This document shows, one piece after another, positions 16,405 to 25,789 of a DNA stretch of 64,000 bases. The stretch lies in NCBI GenBank assembly GCA_947630675.1, contig CANRIN010000001.1, positions 69,361-133,360 on the forward strand. Direction: 5' to 3'. The position numbers were made by a program, and so were the translations under genes. The notes below the pieces were generated by a model, which was given only the letters and a program-made list of their open reading frames with translations, was not told the DNA's origin and searched no databases. This DNA is from an uncultured Clostridia bacterium (GTDB lineage Bacteria; Bacillota; Clostridia; Oscillospirales; JAAYOS01). Every line of letters begins with the position of its first letter. Within the stretch, counting starts at the first letter, position 1.

Positions 16405-17606
16405 GGCTTGTGGGTTTTGAGTTGAAAAAGCTCTTTGTGCGGCTGCCTGTCCTCGTCGCTCTGGCGCTGTTCACGGTTTTCGACCTTGTGAAGATCCACG
16501 CCACCGTGGACAGCATCTCCTATCTGCATGAGGACAGCACTTGGAACCGGGTTTACCGGGAGCAGTATGAAAACTACAGCGGTGAGATAACGCTTGACAA
16601 AATCAACGCATTGTTGGACATTTATAAACCCTTGGAGACAGCGATCAACGACCTCACCGCCACGACGCGCACCGATGTGGAGGGAACGCTGACCGGAAAC
16701 TTATACAGCGACAAGAATCTCTTGGAGCGATACTTCGTTGACCCCATGGAGCGATTCTTTACATACAAAAGCAATGCTTCGGCAACCGTAAACGCTGCCC
16801 ATGAGAACGTGCAATTCTATGAGAGCCGGGGAAATACCTATGAGGCTAGAAAAAACGCGGCAATAGCAAAGCTCTATCAGGGCCGCCGTGTCACGGAGTT
16901 TTACTACACGGAGGGATACAAGCTGTATCTGAACTATGACTTCTCCGCAATACTCATACTTTTATTGGTGCTCTACGCCCTCTCCCAGACCTTCACCCGC
17001 GATAAGGAGTGCCGGATGACCGAACTGCTGCTGACCTCTCCCGGCGGGGGAACTACTACCATTTTTGCAAAGATCGCGGCGGCTTCGGTTTACATTCTCG
17101 CCGTCTCCCTGTGGTTCTCTGCCGTGGACTTCGCGGGCTTTGAGATGTTCTCCGATCTTACGGATGCGGGCGGCCTCCCGGTCTATGCGGTGGAGACCTT
17201 CCGGGAGGCGTCAGTTGATTTGACACTCTTTGCCTATAGCGCTGTCAGTGCCCTGGGCAGGGCACTGGGCTTCTGGGCGCTCGGTATGGTGTTTCTTGCC
17301 CTCGGCGAGGTCGGCCGCCACGCGCTCCTGCCTTTTGCCATGGGAGCGGGTGCGTTCCTCGCCTGTACGCTGGCAGGCGTCAGATGGGGCTATTCGTCCC
17401 ACACGCTCATAAAGGTGCTGAACCCCTATTCCATGTTGGTGAACCGCCTTCTCTTCGGAAAAACGGAGTTTGTGGACATTTTTGGCGTACCGGTGCTGAC
17501 CTGGCAGGCGGGACTTATATATACGGCAGCTCTCGGAGTCCTGGCCGCAGCTCTGGCCGTGGTATTCGGCGGTAAAAGCAAACTGCGAAAGGGGGCCCTG
17601 CTGTGA
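16401..17606 (+). CDS. ABC-2 family transporter permease
   Basis: The GTG start overlaps the ATPase stop. There is an N-terminal TM, a ~170-aa extracellular loop, and a cluster of 5 C-terminal TM helices. Confidence 0.65.
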   Translation: MRLVGFELKKLFVRLPVLVALALFTVFDLVKIHATVDSISYLHEDSTWNRVYREQYENYSGEITLDKINALLDIYKPLETAINDLTATTRTDVEGTLTGNLYSDKNLLERYFVDPMERFFTYKSNASATVNAAHENVQFYESRGNTYEARKNAAIAKLYQGRRVTEFYYTEGYKLYLNYDFSAILILLLVLYALSQTFTRDKECRMTELLLTSPGGGTTTIFAKIAAASVYILAVSLWFSAVDFAGFEMFSDLTDAGGLPVYAVETFREASVDLTLFAYSAVSALGRALGFWALGMVFLALGEVGRHALLPFAMGAGAFLACTLAGVRWGYSSHTLIKVLNPYSMLVNRLLFGKTEFVDIFGVPVLTWQAGLIYTAALGVLAAALAVVFGGKSKLRKGALL

Positions 17607-19390
17607 TGCTGTGGAAATTTGAGCTGCGAAAGATGTTCAGTGTGGACCGGGGCATTTTCATCGTAGTGATATTCCTGATTGCCGAGCTTGCCCTGTTGAT
17701 CCTCGGAGATGCTCCGGTCAACGCCGACGCGGCGCTCTACCGGGAGCAGTATCTCGCCGAACTGGAAAAGGCGGAGGGACCGTGGACACCGGGAAAGGCC
17801 GCGCTTCTGGAGAGTGAGGCGCGAGATACGGAGCGGAGCAGCGAAGGATTCAACGTGCTGTATAAGCAGTATCTCTATGTAAACGAGGGCAGAGAGAACC
17901 GGTATTTTCTGGACGCCAACGGCTGGGCGGGCCTGCTGGCGGACAGGGCCCTCGATATCCCTTTGGTCGCGGCTATCATTCTGCTGTGTGTTCCCATCTA
18001 CTGCGGCGAGGCAGTCGGCGGAATGGAGCCGCTTGCGCTGACATCGCGGGACGGAAAGCGTCTCTTTCTGCACCAAAAGCTCATTTTGGCGCTATCCGTC
18101 ACAGCCGCTCTGTCGCTGTCGGCTGACTTCGTGCGCCTTACCTTCTTCGCATTGAAATACGGTCTGCCCCACGGCGGTTATCCCATGCAGAGCGTCGAAA
18201 GCCTCGGTTCTGCCGCAAAAGCCATGTCCCTCCGGAGTGCAGAAGCCCTGACAGTGGGCCTCCGGCTTCTCGGCTCGATGGAGCTTGCCATGATAACGCT
18301 TTTCTTCTCGGCACTGTGCGGCCAGTTCGCCCTGTCCGCGTTTCTTGGAACCGCCGTTGCCGTTTTACCTTGGATCGGGCTTGATAAGTCCATTCAATAT
18401 GCCCTTCCACTGCCTTCATCTCTTATAACGGTAGTTGGATTTATCCAGGGAAGTGAGTATGAGGAAGATGCCATAACGGGCCAGAGCGTGGCTGTGTTCC
18501 GGGAGGCAGACTGGAAGCAGATCGGTCTGATCGCCGCAGGCGCAGTGCTGGTGGGCGTAGTCTGCGTGCTTTTTATTCACAAACGATACCAAACGGCCCT
18601 TTCGGGCGGGCGCAGGGTCAAGAGGAAATCTGTCGCGCTGTGCCTGCTTCTGTCCCTCTGTCTGACCCTGGGCGGGTGTACGGAGATGTCAAGCGCCGAC
18701 ACCGGCGCCGCCATATACAACAGCCGAGATCACCAAATCTATGAATACAACGGCCTTACCGTCCGTGCCGAAAACAGCGAACTCATTGTGACCGGCAGTT
18801 CCGGCGATTCGATTTCTCTCATTCGCAATGCCCTTGACCCCATAAGCGGCACAGCGTACTCCACCAATTTCTACGCCAGCGGGAGATATGTGTATTTCTG
18901 GAAGACGGATTCGGAGAGTTATGGTCAGAAATTGGCATCCGACACCGGCAAGACATACGTCACCACCCTCGTCCGCGTAAATCTGGACACCTTCGATTCA
19001 GAGGTAGTGTTTGAAGATGTGATCCAGCACACGGTTTTGGGGGTTGACAGACCTGTCAATGATCCTCTCGGCTTTCTTGGCAGCAACGGGGACTTCTTTA
19101 CGGACAGCAATTACATCTACTACCTCCGTTCGGGCATCCGGCGGGTGGAGCTGCGGACAGGGAAGGTATCTGTTCTTGATATTCCCACAAATCACAATGT
19201 CGCCTTTGACGGCAGAATGATTTATTACCTAGCCTCCGACGGTATCCTGACCTGCTATGACACGGAAACCGGGGAGACAGCTGGCATATACGGGGAGGCT
19301 GTCAATGATTTCAGGTTAACCACGGATGGACTAAGCGTCACTACGCTTGCGGGCGAGAAAACTGTTATCAATGCAGACAGCCGGCCGTGA
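17603..19390 (+). CDS. ABC-2-like permease fused to a C-terminal extracytoplasmic beta-propeller-like (DUF5050-like) domain
   Basis: About 340 aa of TM helices are followed by LLLSLCLTLGGC and then ~240 aa with repeated YVYF/YIYY/MIYY strand motifs. Translationally coupled (GTGATG overlaps the upstream stop). Confidence 0.6.
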   Translation: MMLWKFELRKMFSVDRGIFIVVIFLIAELALLILGDAPVNADAALYREQYLAELEKAEGPWTPGKAALLESEARDTERSSEGFNVLYKQYLYVNEGRENRYFLDANGWAGLLADRALDIPLVAAIILLCVPIYCGEAVGGMEPLALTSRDGKRLFLHQKLILALSVTAALSLSADFVRLTFFALKYGLPHGGYPMQSVESLGSAAKAMSLRSAEALTVGLRLLGSMELAMITLFFSALCGQFALSAFLGTAVAVLPWIGLDKSIQYALPLPSSLITVVGFIQGSEYEEDAITGQSVAVFREADWKQIGLIAAGAVLVGVVCVLFIHKRYQTALSGGRRVKRKSVALCLLLSLCLTLGGCTEMSSADTGAAIYNSRDHQIYEYNGLTVRAENSELIVTGSSGDSISLIRNALDPISGTAYSTNFYASGRYVYFWKTDSESYGQKLASDTGKTYVTTLVRVNLDTFDSEVVFEDVIQHTVLGVDRPVNDPLGFLGSNGDFFTDSNYIYYLRSGIRRVELRTGKVSVLDIPTNHNVAFDGRMIYYLASDGILTCYDTETGETAGIYGEAVNDFRLTTDGLSVTTLAGEKTVINADSRP

Positions 19391-19764
19391 ACCATTTTGA
19401 TATCCTTTATGAGAATGGGCCAGATCTCATTTGCGCTGACCGGAGCCAACATAGATATCAATAGCAAGGAGACGATTATGAACGAGAACGGCATCGAATG
19501 CTTTGCCCCTCAGCCGCCCACTGATCCGAGAGCCTGATCTGCCCACACGCTGGCAGCAGGGTAACAGAAAGAGAGCGCAGTGTCTGGACTGCAGCGACGG
19601 ATTTCGGCCGGTCAGTTATCTTATTGAAGCGCTGGACGAAGACAGCGGCGGGGCGTTTGCCGACAAATAAATGATTTGACCGAAAAGTATGGCAAAGAAA
19701 TTGCCTTCCGAAATTTTAGGCAAATACGCCGGATAAAACGAATGTGCCGATGAACGGTATGGCA

Positions 19765-19812
19765 AAGCCCCTCCCGATTTGCAGATTTTCTGCATTTCGG
19801 GCGGGGCTTTTT
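19765..19812 (+). terminator. Long hairpin plus T-run at the right edge of the low-GC island
   Basis: AAGCCCCTCCCGA...TCGGGCGGGGCTT followed by TTT. Confidence 0.5.
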
Positions 19813-19819
19813 GGGCTCT

Positions 19820-20030
19820 GCGCCGCGACAGCGGCGCTCCGCTCTTATATTAAAATGCTCGGGGCGAACACGAGGGCGCCAACATATTCCGCATCGGAAC
19901 ACATGCAGCCCTCGTAAGCTTTGCCGCTTTGCGGCAAAGCCAAACACTGATGTCATTGCATGCGCGAAGTTAGCGGCGCAGCCGCTAACTTCAACCGCTG
20001 CGAACAGGCGCGGAGCGATCTCGCGGTCTG
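19820..20030. repeat. Partial, inverted copy of the hairpin-module repeat family (locus E)
   Basis: AAATGCTCGGGGCGAACACGAGGGCGCC...GCCCTCGTAAGCTTTGCCGCTTTGCGGCAAAGCC is the reverse complement of the second half of the 6700-6830 core. GAAGTTAGCGGCGCAGCCGCTAACTTC matches 50863-50890. Confidence 0.8.
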
Positions 20031-20120
20031 CTTGGAGGATTTGCGGCAGACACGTCCCGCGATGCTGCGTTATCCTGTCTAAAAACCAATGTCCGATCCA
20101 GAACCGTCCGACATGCCGCG

Positions 20121-20771
20121 TCAGCTCGTCATCTTTTCCTGTTTTACCTTGTGGTCAATGACGTGGCGGCTTTCGAGCTCCCGGCGGACGTCCCCAAGAG
20201 TGATGCCCGCCTCGGTCATCAGCACCATCACATGATACGCGAGGTCCGCTATCTCGTATATCGTCTCTTTCTTGTCCTGAGCTTTTGCCGCGATTATGAC
20301 CTCCGTGGACTCCTCGCCGACCTTCTTCAATATCTTGTCGAGCCCCTTCTCAAAGAGGTAGGAGGTGTAGGAGCCCTCCTTCTTCTCGGTTTTTCTTCCC
20401 TTTATCAGCTCCATCAGCGCATCCGCTGAAAATCCGCCCGGCTCCTCGCCACGGTAGACCGGATACTCGAAGCAGGAGTCGGTGCCGAGATGACACGCAG
20501 GCCCGTCCGGCCGGACCGATATCACGAGCGCGTCCCGGTCACAGTCCGCGGTTATCGAGACTATGTGCTGGTAGTTGCCGCTCGTCTCTCCCTTCAGCCA
20601 CAGCTCGCCGCGCGATCGGCTCCGGAAACAGGTGAGCCCGCGCTCCATGGATATCTTCAGGCTTTCCTTACTCATATAGGCGAGCATGAGCACCCGCCCT
20701 GTCGACGAATCAGTGACGACGGCCGGAATGAGGCCCTTTTCATCAAATATCAGTTCCGAGATGTCTGTCAT
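20121..20771 (-). CDS. hisIE: Bifunctional phosphoribosyl-AMP cyclohydrolase / phosphoribosyl-ATP diphosphatase
   Basis: 216 aa. GLIPAVV.D..TG.VLMLAYM......T...G...F.SRSR..LW.KGETSGN, plus a C-terminal MazG-like HisE part. Confidence 0.9.
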   Translation of the reverse strand: MTDISELIFDEKGLIPAVVTDSSTGRVLMLAYMSKESLKISMERGLTCFRSRSRGELWLKGETSGNYQHIVSITADCDRDALVISVRPDGPACHLGTDSCFEYPVYRGEEPGGFSADALMELIKGRKTEKKEGSYTSYLFEKGLDKILKKVGEESTEVIIAAKAQDKKETIYEIADLAYHVMVLMTEAGITLGDVRRELESRHVIDHKVKQEKMTS

Positions 20772-20785
20772 ATTATCCTCCGTTC

Positions 20786-21544
20786 TTACAGGCGGACGGG
20801 GATCCCGTCTTCCGCCATCCTGCGCTTCAACTCGCGTATTTCGACTTCTCCGTAGTGGAATATCGAGGCCGCGAGTCCGGCGTCCACTTCCGGTATCCTT
20901 CGGAAGAGCTCTAAGAAATCCTCAATCCTCCCGGCTCCGCCGGACGCTATCACCGGCACCGTCACGGCTCCGCAAACGCGCATGAGAAGCTCGAGGTCAA
21001 AGCCATTTTTCACGCCGTCGGTATCCATCGAATTCACGACGACCTCGCCCGCGCCGCTGTCTACGCACCGCCCGATCCACTCTATGGCCTCCATGCCGGT
21101 GTCGACGCGCCCGCCCTTGGCAAAGATGCGGAACTCGCCCCCGACGCGCTTCACGTCCGCCGATATGACGACGCACTGGCTGCCGTACACCTTCGCCGCC
21201 TTTCCGACGAGCGACGGGTCGCGTATCGCTCCCGAGTTGACGCTCACCTTGTCCGCGCCGCACTTCAGGACCCGGTCAAAGTCGGCGAGGCTGTTGATGC
21301 CCCCTCCGACCGTCAGCGGGATGAACACGCTCTTCGCGGTCTCGGTGAGTATGTCCGTAAACAGCGAGCGTCCCTCGGCGGACGCCGTGATATCATAGAA
21401 CACCAGCTCGTCCGCTCCGCCCGCGCTGTACCGCTTTGCGAGCTCAACGGGGCTTGCAACGTCGCTGAGGCCGCTGAAATTCACTCCTTTTACCACCCTG
21501 CCGTCTCTCACGTCCAGACAGGGAATTATCCGCTTCGTTATCAC
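20786..21544 (-). CDS. hisF: Imidazole glycerol phosphate synthase, cyclase subunit
   Basis: 252 aa. [17 protein letters not shown]......G.PVE.A..Y...GADELVF.DI. Confidence 0.95.
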   Translation of the reverse strand: MITKRIIPCLDVRDGRVVKGVNFSGLSDVASPVELAKRYSAGGADELVFYDITASAEGRSLFTDILTETAKSVFIPLTVGGGINSLADFDRVLKCGADKVSVNSGAIRDPSLVGKAAKVYGSQCVVISADVKRVGGEFRIFAKGGRVDTGMEAIEWIGRCVDSGAGEVVVNSMDTDGVKNGFDLELLMRVCGAVTVPVIASGGAGRIEDFLELFRRIPEVDAGLAASIFHYGEVEIRELKRRMAEDGIPVRL

Positions 21545-22254
21545 TCCGCCACCTCTATCGCACTTTTCAGGTCAATGGCGCCGGTGTAGTACGCCTTGCC
21601 GATTATCGCTCCGTAGAGGCGCATGTCCGCAAGCGCCCGCAGGTCTTCGAGCGAGCTTATCCCTCCGGAGGCGACTATGTTCATATCAAACTGCTTTGAA
21701 AGCTCCCGGTACAGCTCGCGGTTTGTCCCTCTCATCGCTCCGTCGCGGGATATGTCGGTGCAGACGAGGGTGCGGATGCCCATGCCGCAGAGCTTCCGGC
21801 AGAAGCCGAAGGCGTCCAGATGGGAGTTCTCGGTCCAGCCGTTTATCGCGACCGTGCCGTCCCGTATGTCCACGCCTACCGCTATCCTCTCGCCGTACTC
21901 CGCCGCAGCCTCCCGAAGAAAGTCCTCGTCCGTGACGGCGGCGGTGCCTATCACGACCCGGTCGATCCCCGCCGAAAGGTAGCGCTCCGCCGTTTCCATG
22001 GAGCGGACCCCGCCGCCCGCTTCGCAGAACGCGCCGCTTCTCCGCTTTATCTCCTTCACCGTCTCGAAGTTAGGCGTTCCGCCCGACCTTGCGCCCTCAA
22101 GGTCGACTATGTGGATGTGCCCGGCGCCGCACTTCACGAAGCTCTCGGCGATAGCCGCCGGGTCCTCGCCGTACACGGTCATCTGCGAATAGTCCCCGCG
22201 AAGGAGACGCACTGCCTTCCCCTCAAACAAATCTATCGCCGGAAAAACTATCAT
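21541..22254 (-). CDS. hisA: ProFAR isomerase (1-(5-phosphoribosyl)-5-[(5-phosphoribosylamino)methylideneamino]imidazole-4-carboxamide isomerase)
   Basis: MIVFPAIDLFEGKAVRLLRGDY... The start was chosen so that ATGA overlaps the hisH stop. Confidence 0.9.
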   Translation of the reverse strand: MIVFPAIDLFEGKAVRLLRGDYSQMTVYGEDPAAIAESFVKCGAGHIHIVDLEGARSGGTPNFETVKEIKRRSGAFCEAGGGVRSMETAERYLSAGIDRVVIGTAAVTDEDFLREAAAEYGERIAVGVDIRDGTVAINGWTENSHLDAFGFCRKLCGMGIRTLVCTDISRDGAMRGTNRELYRELSKQFDMNIVASGGISSLEDLRALADMRLYGAIIGKAYYTGAIDLKSAIEVAE

Positions 22255-22868
22255 ACCGCTTTCACCTCGCAAAATGCCCGAAGGATGTTCAGGCCGACTT
22301 CTCCGCTTTTCTCGGGATGGAACTGACAGCCGAATATGTTTCCCTGCTCGACCGCCGCGGTGAGCGGCGCGCCGTATTCCGCCTCCGCCGTGACCGCGTC
22401 CCCGCAGTCCGCAGCGTAGTAGGAGTGGACGAAGTAGACGCAGTCCCCGTCCGCAATGTACCGGAACAGGCGGGACGGCTTCACGAAGATAAGCGGGTTC
22501 CAGCCGATGTGCGGTATCTTCAGGTTCGGAGGTATCACCTCGGAGATGGGGCGAACGCTTCCCGCTATGAGCCCGAGCCCATTGTGCTCACCGAACTCGT
22601 AGCTGCGCTCAAAGAGCAGCTGCATCCCGAGACATATCCCGAGCAGCGGCTTGCCCCGCTCCGCCTCGTCTGTGACGACCTCCGCAAGACCGGAGGCGCG
22701 CAGCTTCTCCGCCGCGTCCCGAAAGGCGCCGACCCCCGGCAGAACTATCCTGTCCGCGGAGCGTATGACGTCCCGGTCGCCTGTCACGACCGCTTCCGCG
22801 CCTATTGCGGAAAAGGAGCAGCCGAGAGAAAACAGGTTCCCGACTCCGTAGTCGACGACGGCTATCAT
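22251..22868 (-). CDS. hisH: Imidazole glycerol phosphate synthase, glutaminase subunit
   Basis: MIAVVDYGVGNLFS......LPGVGAF....LGICLGMQLL...FHPEKS. Confidence 0.95.
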   Translation of the reverse strand: MIAVVDYGVGNLFSLGCSFSAIGAEAVVTGDRDVIRSADRIVLPGVGAFRDAAEKLRASGLAEVVTDEAERGKPLLGICLGMQLLFERSYEFGEHNGLGLIAGSVRPISEVIPPNLKIPHIGWNPLIFVKPSRLFRYIADGDCVYFVHSYYAADCGDAVTAEAEYGAPLTAAVEQGNIFGCQFHPEKSGEVGLNILRAFCEVKAV

Positions 22869-23455
22869 CAGAGCACCCCTTTTGTGGACGGGATATCCTC
22901 CGAGAAGTCCGGGTCGACGGATACCGCCTCGCGCAGGCTCCGTGCGGCGGACTTGAAGGCGCCTTCTATGATGTGGTGTGAATTTGAACCGGCGAGCTCC
23001 CGTATGTGGAGCGTTATCCCGGAGCTGCGTGTGAATGCGATGAAGAATTCCTCCGTAAGCTCCGTGTCGAAATCTCCCACCTTTTCCGAGGGTATCTGCA
23101 TATCGTACCCGAGGTATCCCCGGCCGGATATGTCCGCCGCTGTAAGTATCAGCGCCTCGTCCATCGGCAGTGCGGCGTCACCGTAGCGCCTTATGCCGCG
23201 CTTGTCGCCGAGCGCCATCCGGAAGGCCTCGCCGAGGGCGATGCCGATGTCCTCGGTCGTGTGATGGTAGTCCACATGTGTATCTCCGGCGCACGAAAGC
23301 TCGATGTCGAAGCGCCCGTGCTTTGCAAAGAGCGTCAGCATGTGGTCAAGGAAGCCGCAGCCGCTCGAAATATCCGCCCTGCCGGTTCCGTCGAGCGACA
23401 GGCTGAGCTTTATGTCGGTCTCGGCGGTCGTTCTCGTTATCTGTGCTGCCCTCAT
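22868..23455 (-). CDS. hisB: Imidazoleglycerol-phosphate dehydratase
   Basis: RTTAETDI...L.LDG.G...I.SG.GFLDHML......HG.FD........D..VD.HHT.ED. Confidence 0.95.
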   Translation of the reverse strand: MRAAQITRTTAETDIKLSLSLDGTGRADISSGCGFLDHMLTLFAKHGRFDIELSCAGDTHVDYHHTTEDIGIALGEAFRMALGDKRGIRRYGDAALPMDEALILTAADISGRGYLGYDMQIPSEKVGDFDTELTEEFFIAFTRSSGITLHIRELAGSNSHHIIEGAFKSAARSLREAVSVDPDFSEDIPSTKGVL

Positions 23456-24516
23456 TTCTGCCCCTCCAGTATCTCCCGCACGGTGCCGGCAAGCGTCTCC
23501 ATGTCCTCGCGTGTCCCGACGGTGATGCGGTTGTAATCTGCCGTCTCCGGACGGTCAAAGCGGCGGACGAGGATGCCGCGCGCCCTCAGCTCTCTATACA
23601 GCGTCTCACCGCTGACGGACGGATGCCTTGCAAAGACGAAATTTGTCTCGGAGTCGGTCACTTCAAAGCCGAGGGCGCGCAGCTCCCCGGCGATAAACTC
23701 CCGGTTCTCGCGGATGAGGCGGCAGTTCCGCGCAAAGTACTCTCTGTCCCTGAGCGCGCCTATGCCCGCCGCCATCGTCATTGCGTTGACGTTGAACGGG
23801 TTTGTCGAAAACCGCAGTGCCTGAATGTCCCGTATCAGCGCTCTGTTCCCTATAGCAAAGCCCAGCCGTGCCCCGGCCATGGAGCGAGACTTTGAGAAGG
23901 TCTGTATCACGAGGAGATTGTCGTACTTCCGCGTGAGAGGGACACAACTCTCTCCGCCGAAGTCGATGTACGCCTCGTCCATTATCACCATGCGGCCCGG
24001 GTCGCTGCGGATGATGCGCTCGAGCTCGCTGCGCGGGAGCGCTATGCCGGTGGGAGCGTTCGGGTTTGCGAGGAACACCGTACCCTTTGCCGCGATGTAG
24101 TCCTCCGGGTCGACCGTGAGATCGTCCCTCAGAGGTATCTCCGTATAGGGCACGCGGTTCAGCTCGGCAAAAACAGGGTAGAAGCCGTAGGTGATATTCG
24201 GGAAGACGGCGGGATGCGCGCTGTCACAGAAGGCCATGAACGCAAAGTTCAGCATCTCGTCCGAGCCGTTTGAAAAGACCACCTCGTCTTCCGATATGCC
24301 GAAGGCCCTCGCCGCTTCTGCCGCGAGGAGCGAGCAGTCCGGGTCGGAGTAGAGCTGCAACGTCTTTGCGGCCTCCGCCGCCGCCGAGACAGCCAGCGGA
24401 GACGGCGGGAACGGCGACTCGTTCGTGTTGAGCTTTATGTAACGCCTGTCCTTCGGCTGTTCGCCCGGGACGTACGGCGCAAGGTTTTTATACTTCTCAC
24501 TGAAAAAACGGCTCAT
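23452..24516 (-). CDS. hisC: Histidinol-phosphate aminotransferase
   Basis: 354 aa. ..Y.PGEQP......IKLNTNESP..PSP..., with the PLP lysine region TFSKSRSMAGARLG. Confidence 0.9.
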   Translation of the reverse strand: MSRFFSEKYKNLAPYVPGEQPKDRRYIKLNTNESPFPPSPLAVSAAAEAAKTLQLYSDPDCSLLAAEAARAFGISEDEVVFSNGSDEMLNFAFMAFCDSAHPAVFPNITYGFYPVFAELNRVPYTEIPLRDDLTVDPEDYIAAKGTVFLANPNAPTGIALPRSELERIIRSDPGRMVIMDEAYIDFGGESCVPLTRKYDNLLVIQTFSKSRSMAGARLGFAIGNRALIRDIQALRFSTNPFNVNAMTMAAGIGALRDREYFARNCRLIRENREFIAGELRALGFEVTDSETNFVFARHPSVSGETLYRELRARGILVRRFDRPETADYNRITVGTREDMETLAGTVREILEGQK

Positions 24517-25781
24517 TTTCTGTCCTCCGTGCGGATAAGCGCGCTCCGTGCGTGTGCGGTGAGGCCCTCCTTGCGGGCAAAGTACGCCACGTCCTCCGCC
24601 GCCCTGCCGAGCGCCGCCCCGGTGTAGTATGTGTACTGTATCTTCTTTACGAAGTCGTCGACCGAAAGCGGGCTTGAGAACTTCGCGGTCCCGCCGGTCG
24701 GAAGCGTGTGGTTCGGCCCCGCGAAGTAGTCGCCCAAGGCTTCGGGACAGTTCCTGCCGAGGAACACCGACCCCGCGCTGCGTATCCCGTCAAGCAGCGC
24801 GAACGGCTCGTCCACGCAGAGCTCCAGATGCTCCGGCGCTATCTCGTTTGTGGTCTCTATCGCCGCCCTGAGACTTTCCGCTATGATTATCTTTCCGTTG
24901 CCGTCAATGGAGGCGCGCGCGATATCCGCACGCTCGAGCAGAGGTATCTGCCGCTCAAGCTCGTGCGCCACCGCCTCCGCGAGCGCCTCCGAGTCGGTCA
25001 CGAGAACGGCGCTTGCCATCCTGTCGTGCTCCGCCTGCGAGAGCATGTCCGCCGCGACATGCCGCGGGTCGCTCCTGTCGTCTGCTACGATAAGTATTTC
25101 GCTCGGGCCGGCTATCATGTCGATATCCACCTTGCCGAACACCTGCTTCTTCGCCTCCGCGACAAAGGCGTTGCCCGGCCCGACTATCTTATCCACCTTC
25201 GGGATACTCTCCGTGCCGTATGCGAGCGCCGCCACCGCCTGCGCTCCGCCGACCTTGAATATGCGGTCGACTCCGGCGACCGATGCCGCCGCGATGATCT
25301 CGGGCTTTACCCGGCCGCGCCTGTCCGGAGGCGTAACTATGACTATCTCGCGGCATCCGGCGAGCTTTGCCGGGATGGCGTCCATCATGACGGTCGAGGG
25401 ATAGGCCGCCGTGCCTCCCGGGACGTACAGACCGACCCGGTCTATCGGCACCACCTTCTGACCGAGGACGATCCCTTCCTCGTCGTTTATTATGAAGCCC
25501 GTCCTTTTCTGGCACTCGTGGAACTTCCGGATGTTTGCCGCGGCGCGCTCAAGCACCGCAATGAACTCAGGCTCTACCGAAGCCATTGCCTCCGCAGCTT
25601 CCGCTTCGCCGACCTCCAGAGTGTCCGGGACCGCTCCGTCAAACTTCTGCGTGTACTCAAGGAGAGCCTTGTCCCCATCGCGCCGGACCCGTTCGATTAT
25701 TTCGGCCACCGCCGCCGCGACGTCCGTCTCGGGCTCGGTGCGGGCAAATATCTTTTCCGCCGGCACCTCGCCGAACTTCAT
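24513..25781 (-). CDS. hisD: Histidinol dehydrogenase
   Basis: The start was set at MKFGEV... (422 aa). The longer 544-aa ORF runs out of frame over hisG. Motifs: GGAQA.AALAYGTE.I.KVDKI.GPGN..V..AK, SQAEHD. Confidence 0.9.
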   Translation of the reverse strand: MKFGEVPAEKIFARTEPETDVAAAVAEIIERVRRDGDKALLEYTQKFDGAVPDTLEVGEAEAAEAMASVEPEFIAVLERAAANIRKFHECQKRTGFIINDEEGIVLGQKVVPIDRVGLYVPGGTAAYPSTVMMDAIPAKLAGCREIVIVTPPDRRGRVKPEIIAAASVAGVDRIFKVGGAQAVAALAYGTESIPKVDKIVGPGNAFVAEAKKQVFGKVDIDMIAGPSEILIVADDRSDPRHVAADMLSQAEHDRMASAVLVTDSEALAEAVAHELERQIPLLERADIARASIDGNGKIIIAESLRAAIETTNEIAPEHLELCVDEPFALLDGIRSAGSVFLGRNCPEALGDYFAGPNHTLPTGGTAKFSSPLSVDDFVKKIQYTYYTGAALGRAAEDVAYFARKEGLTAHARSALIRTEDRK

Positions 25782-25789
25782 TACCCTTA

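Noticed and set aside
19391-20120. attR (a direct repeat of the tRNA-Ala 3' end) marking the right end of the island.
   Set aside because: No match to the last ~20 nt of the tRNA was seen by eye, so the right boundary is inferred only from composition and the terminator/repeat.
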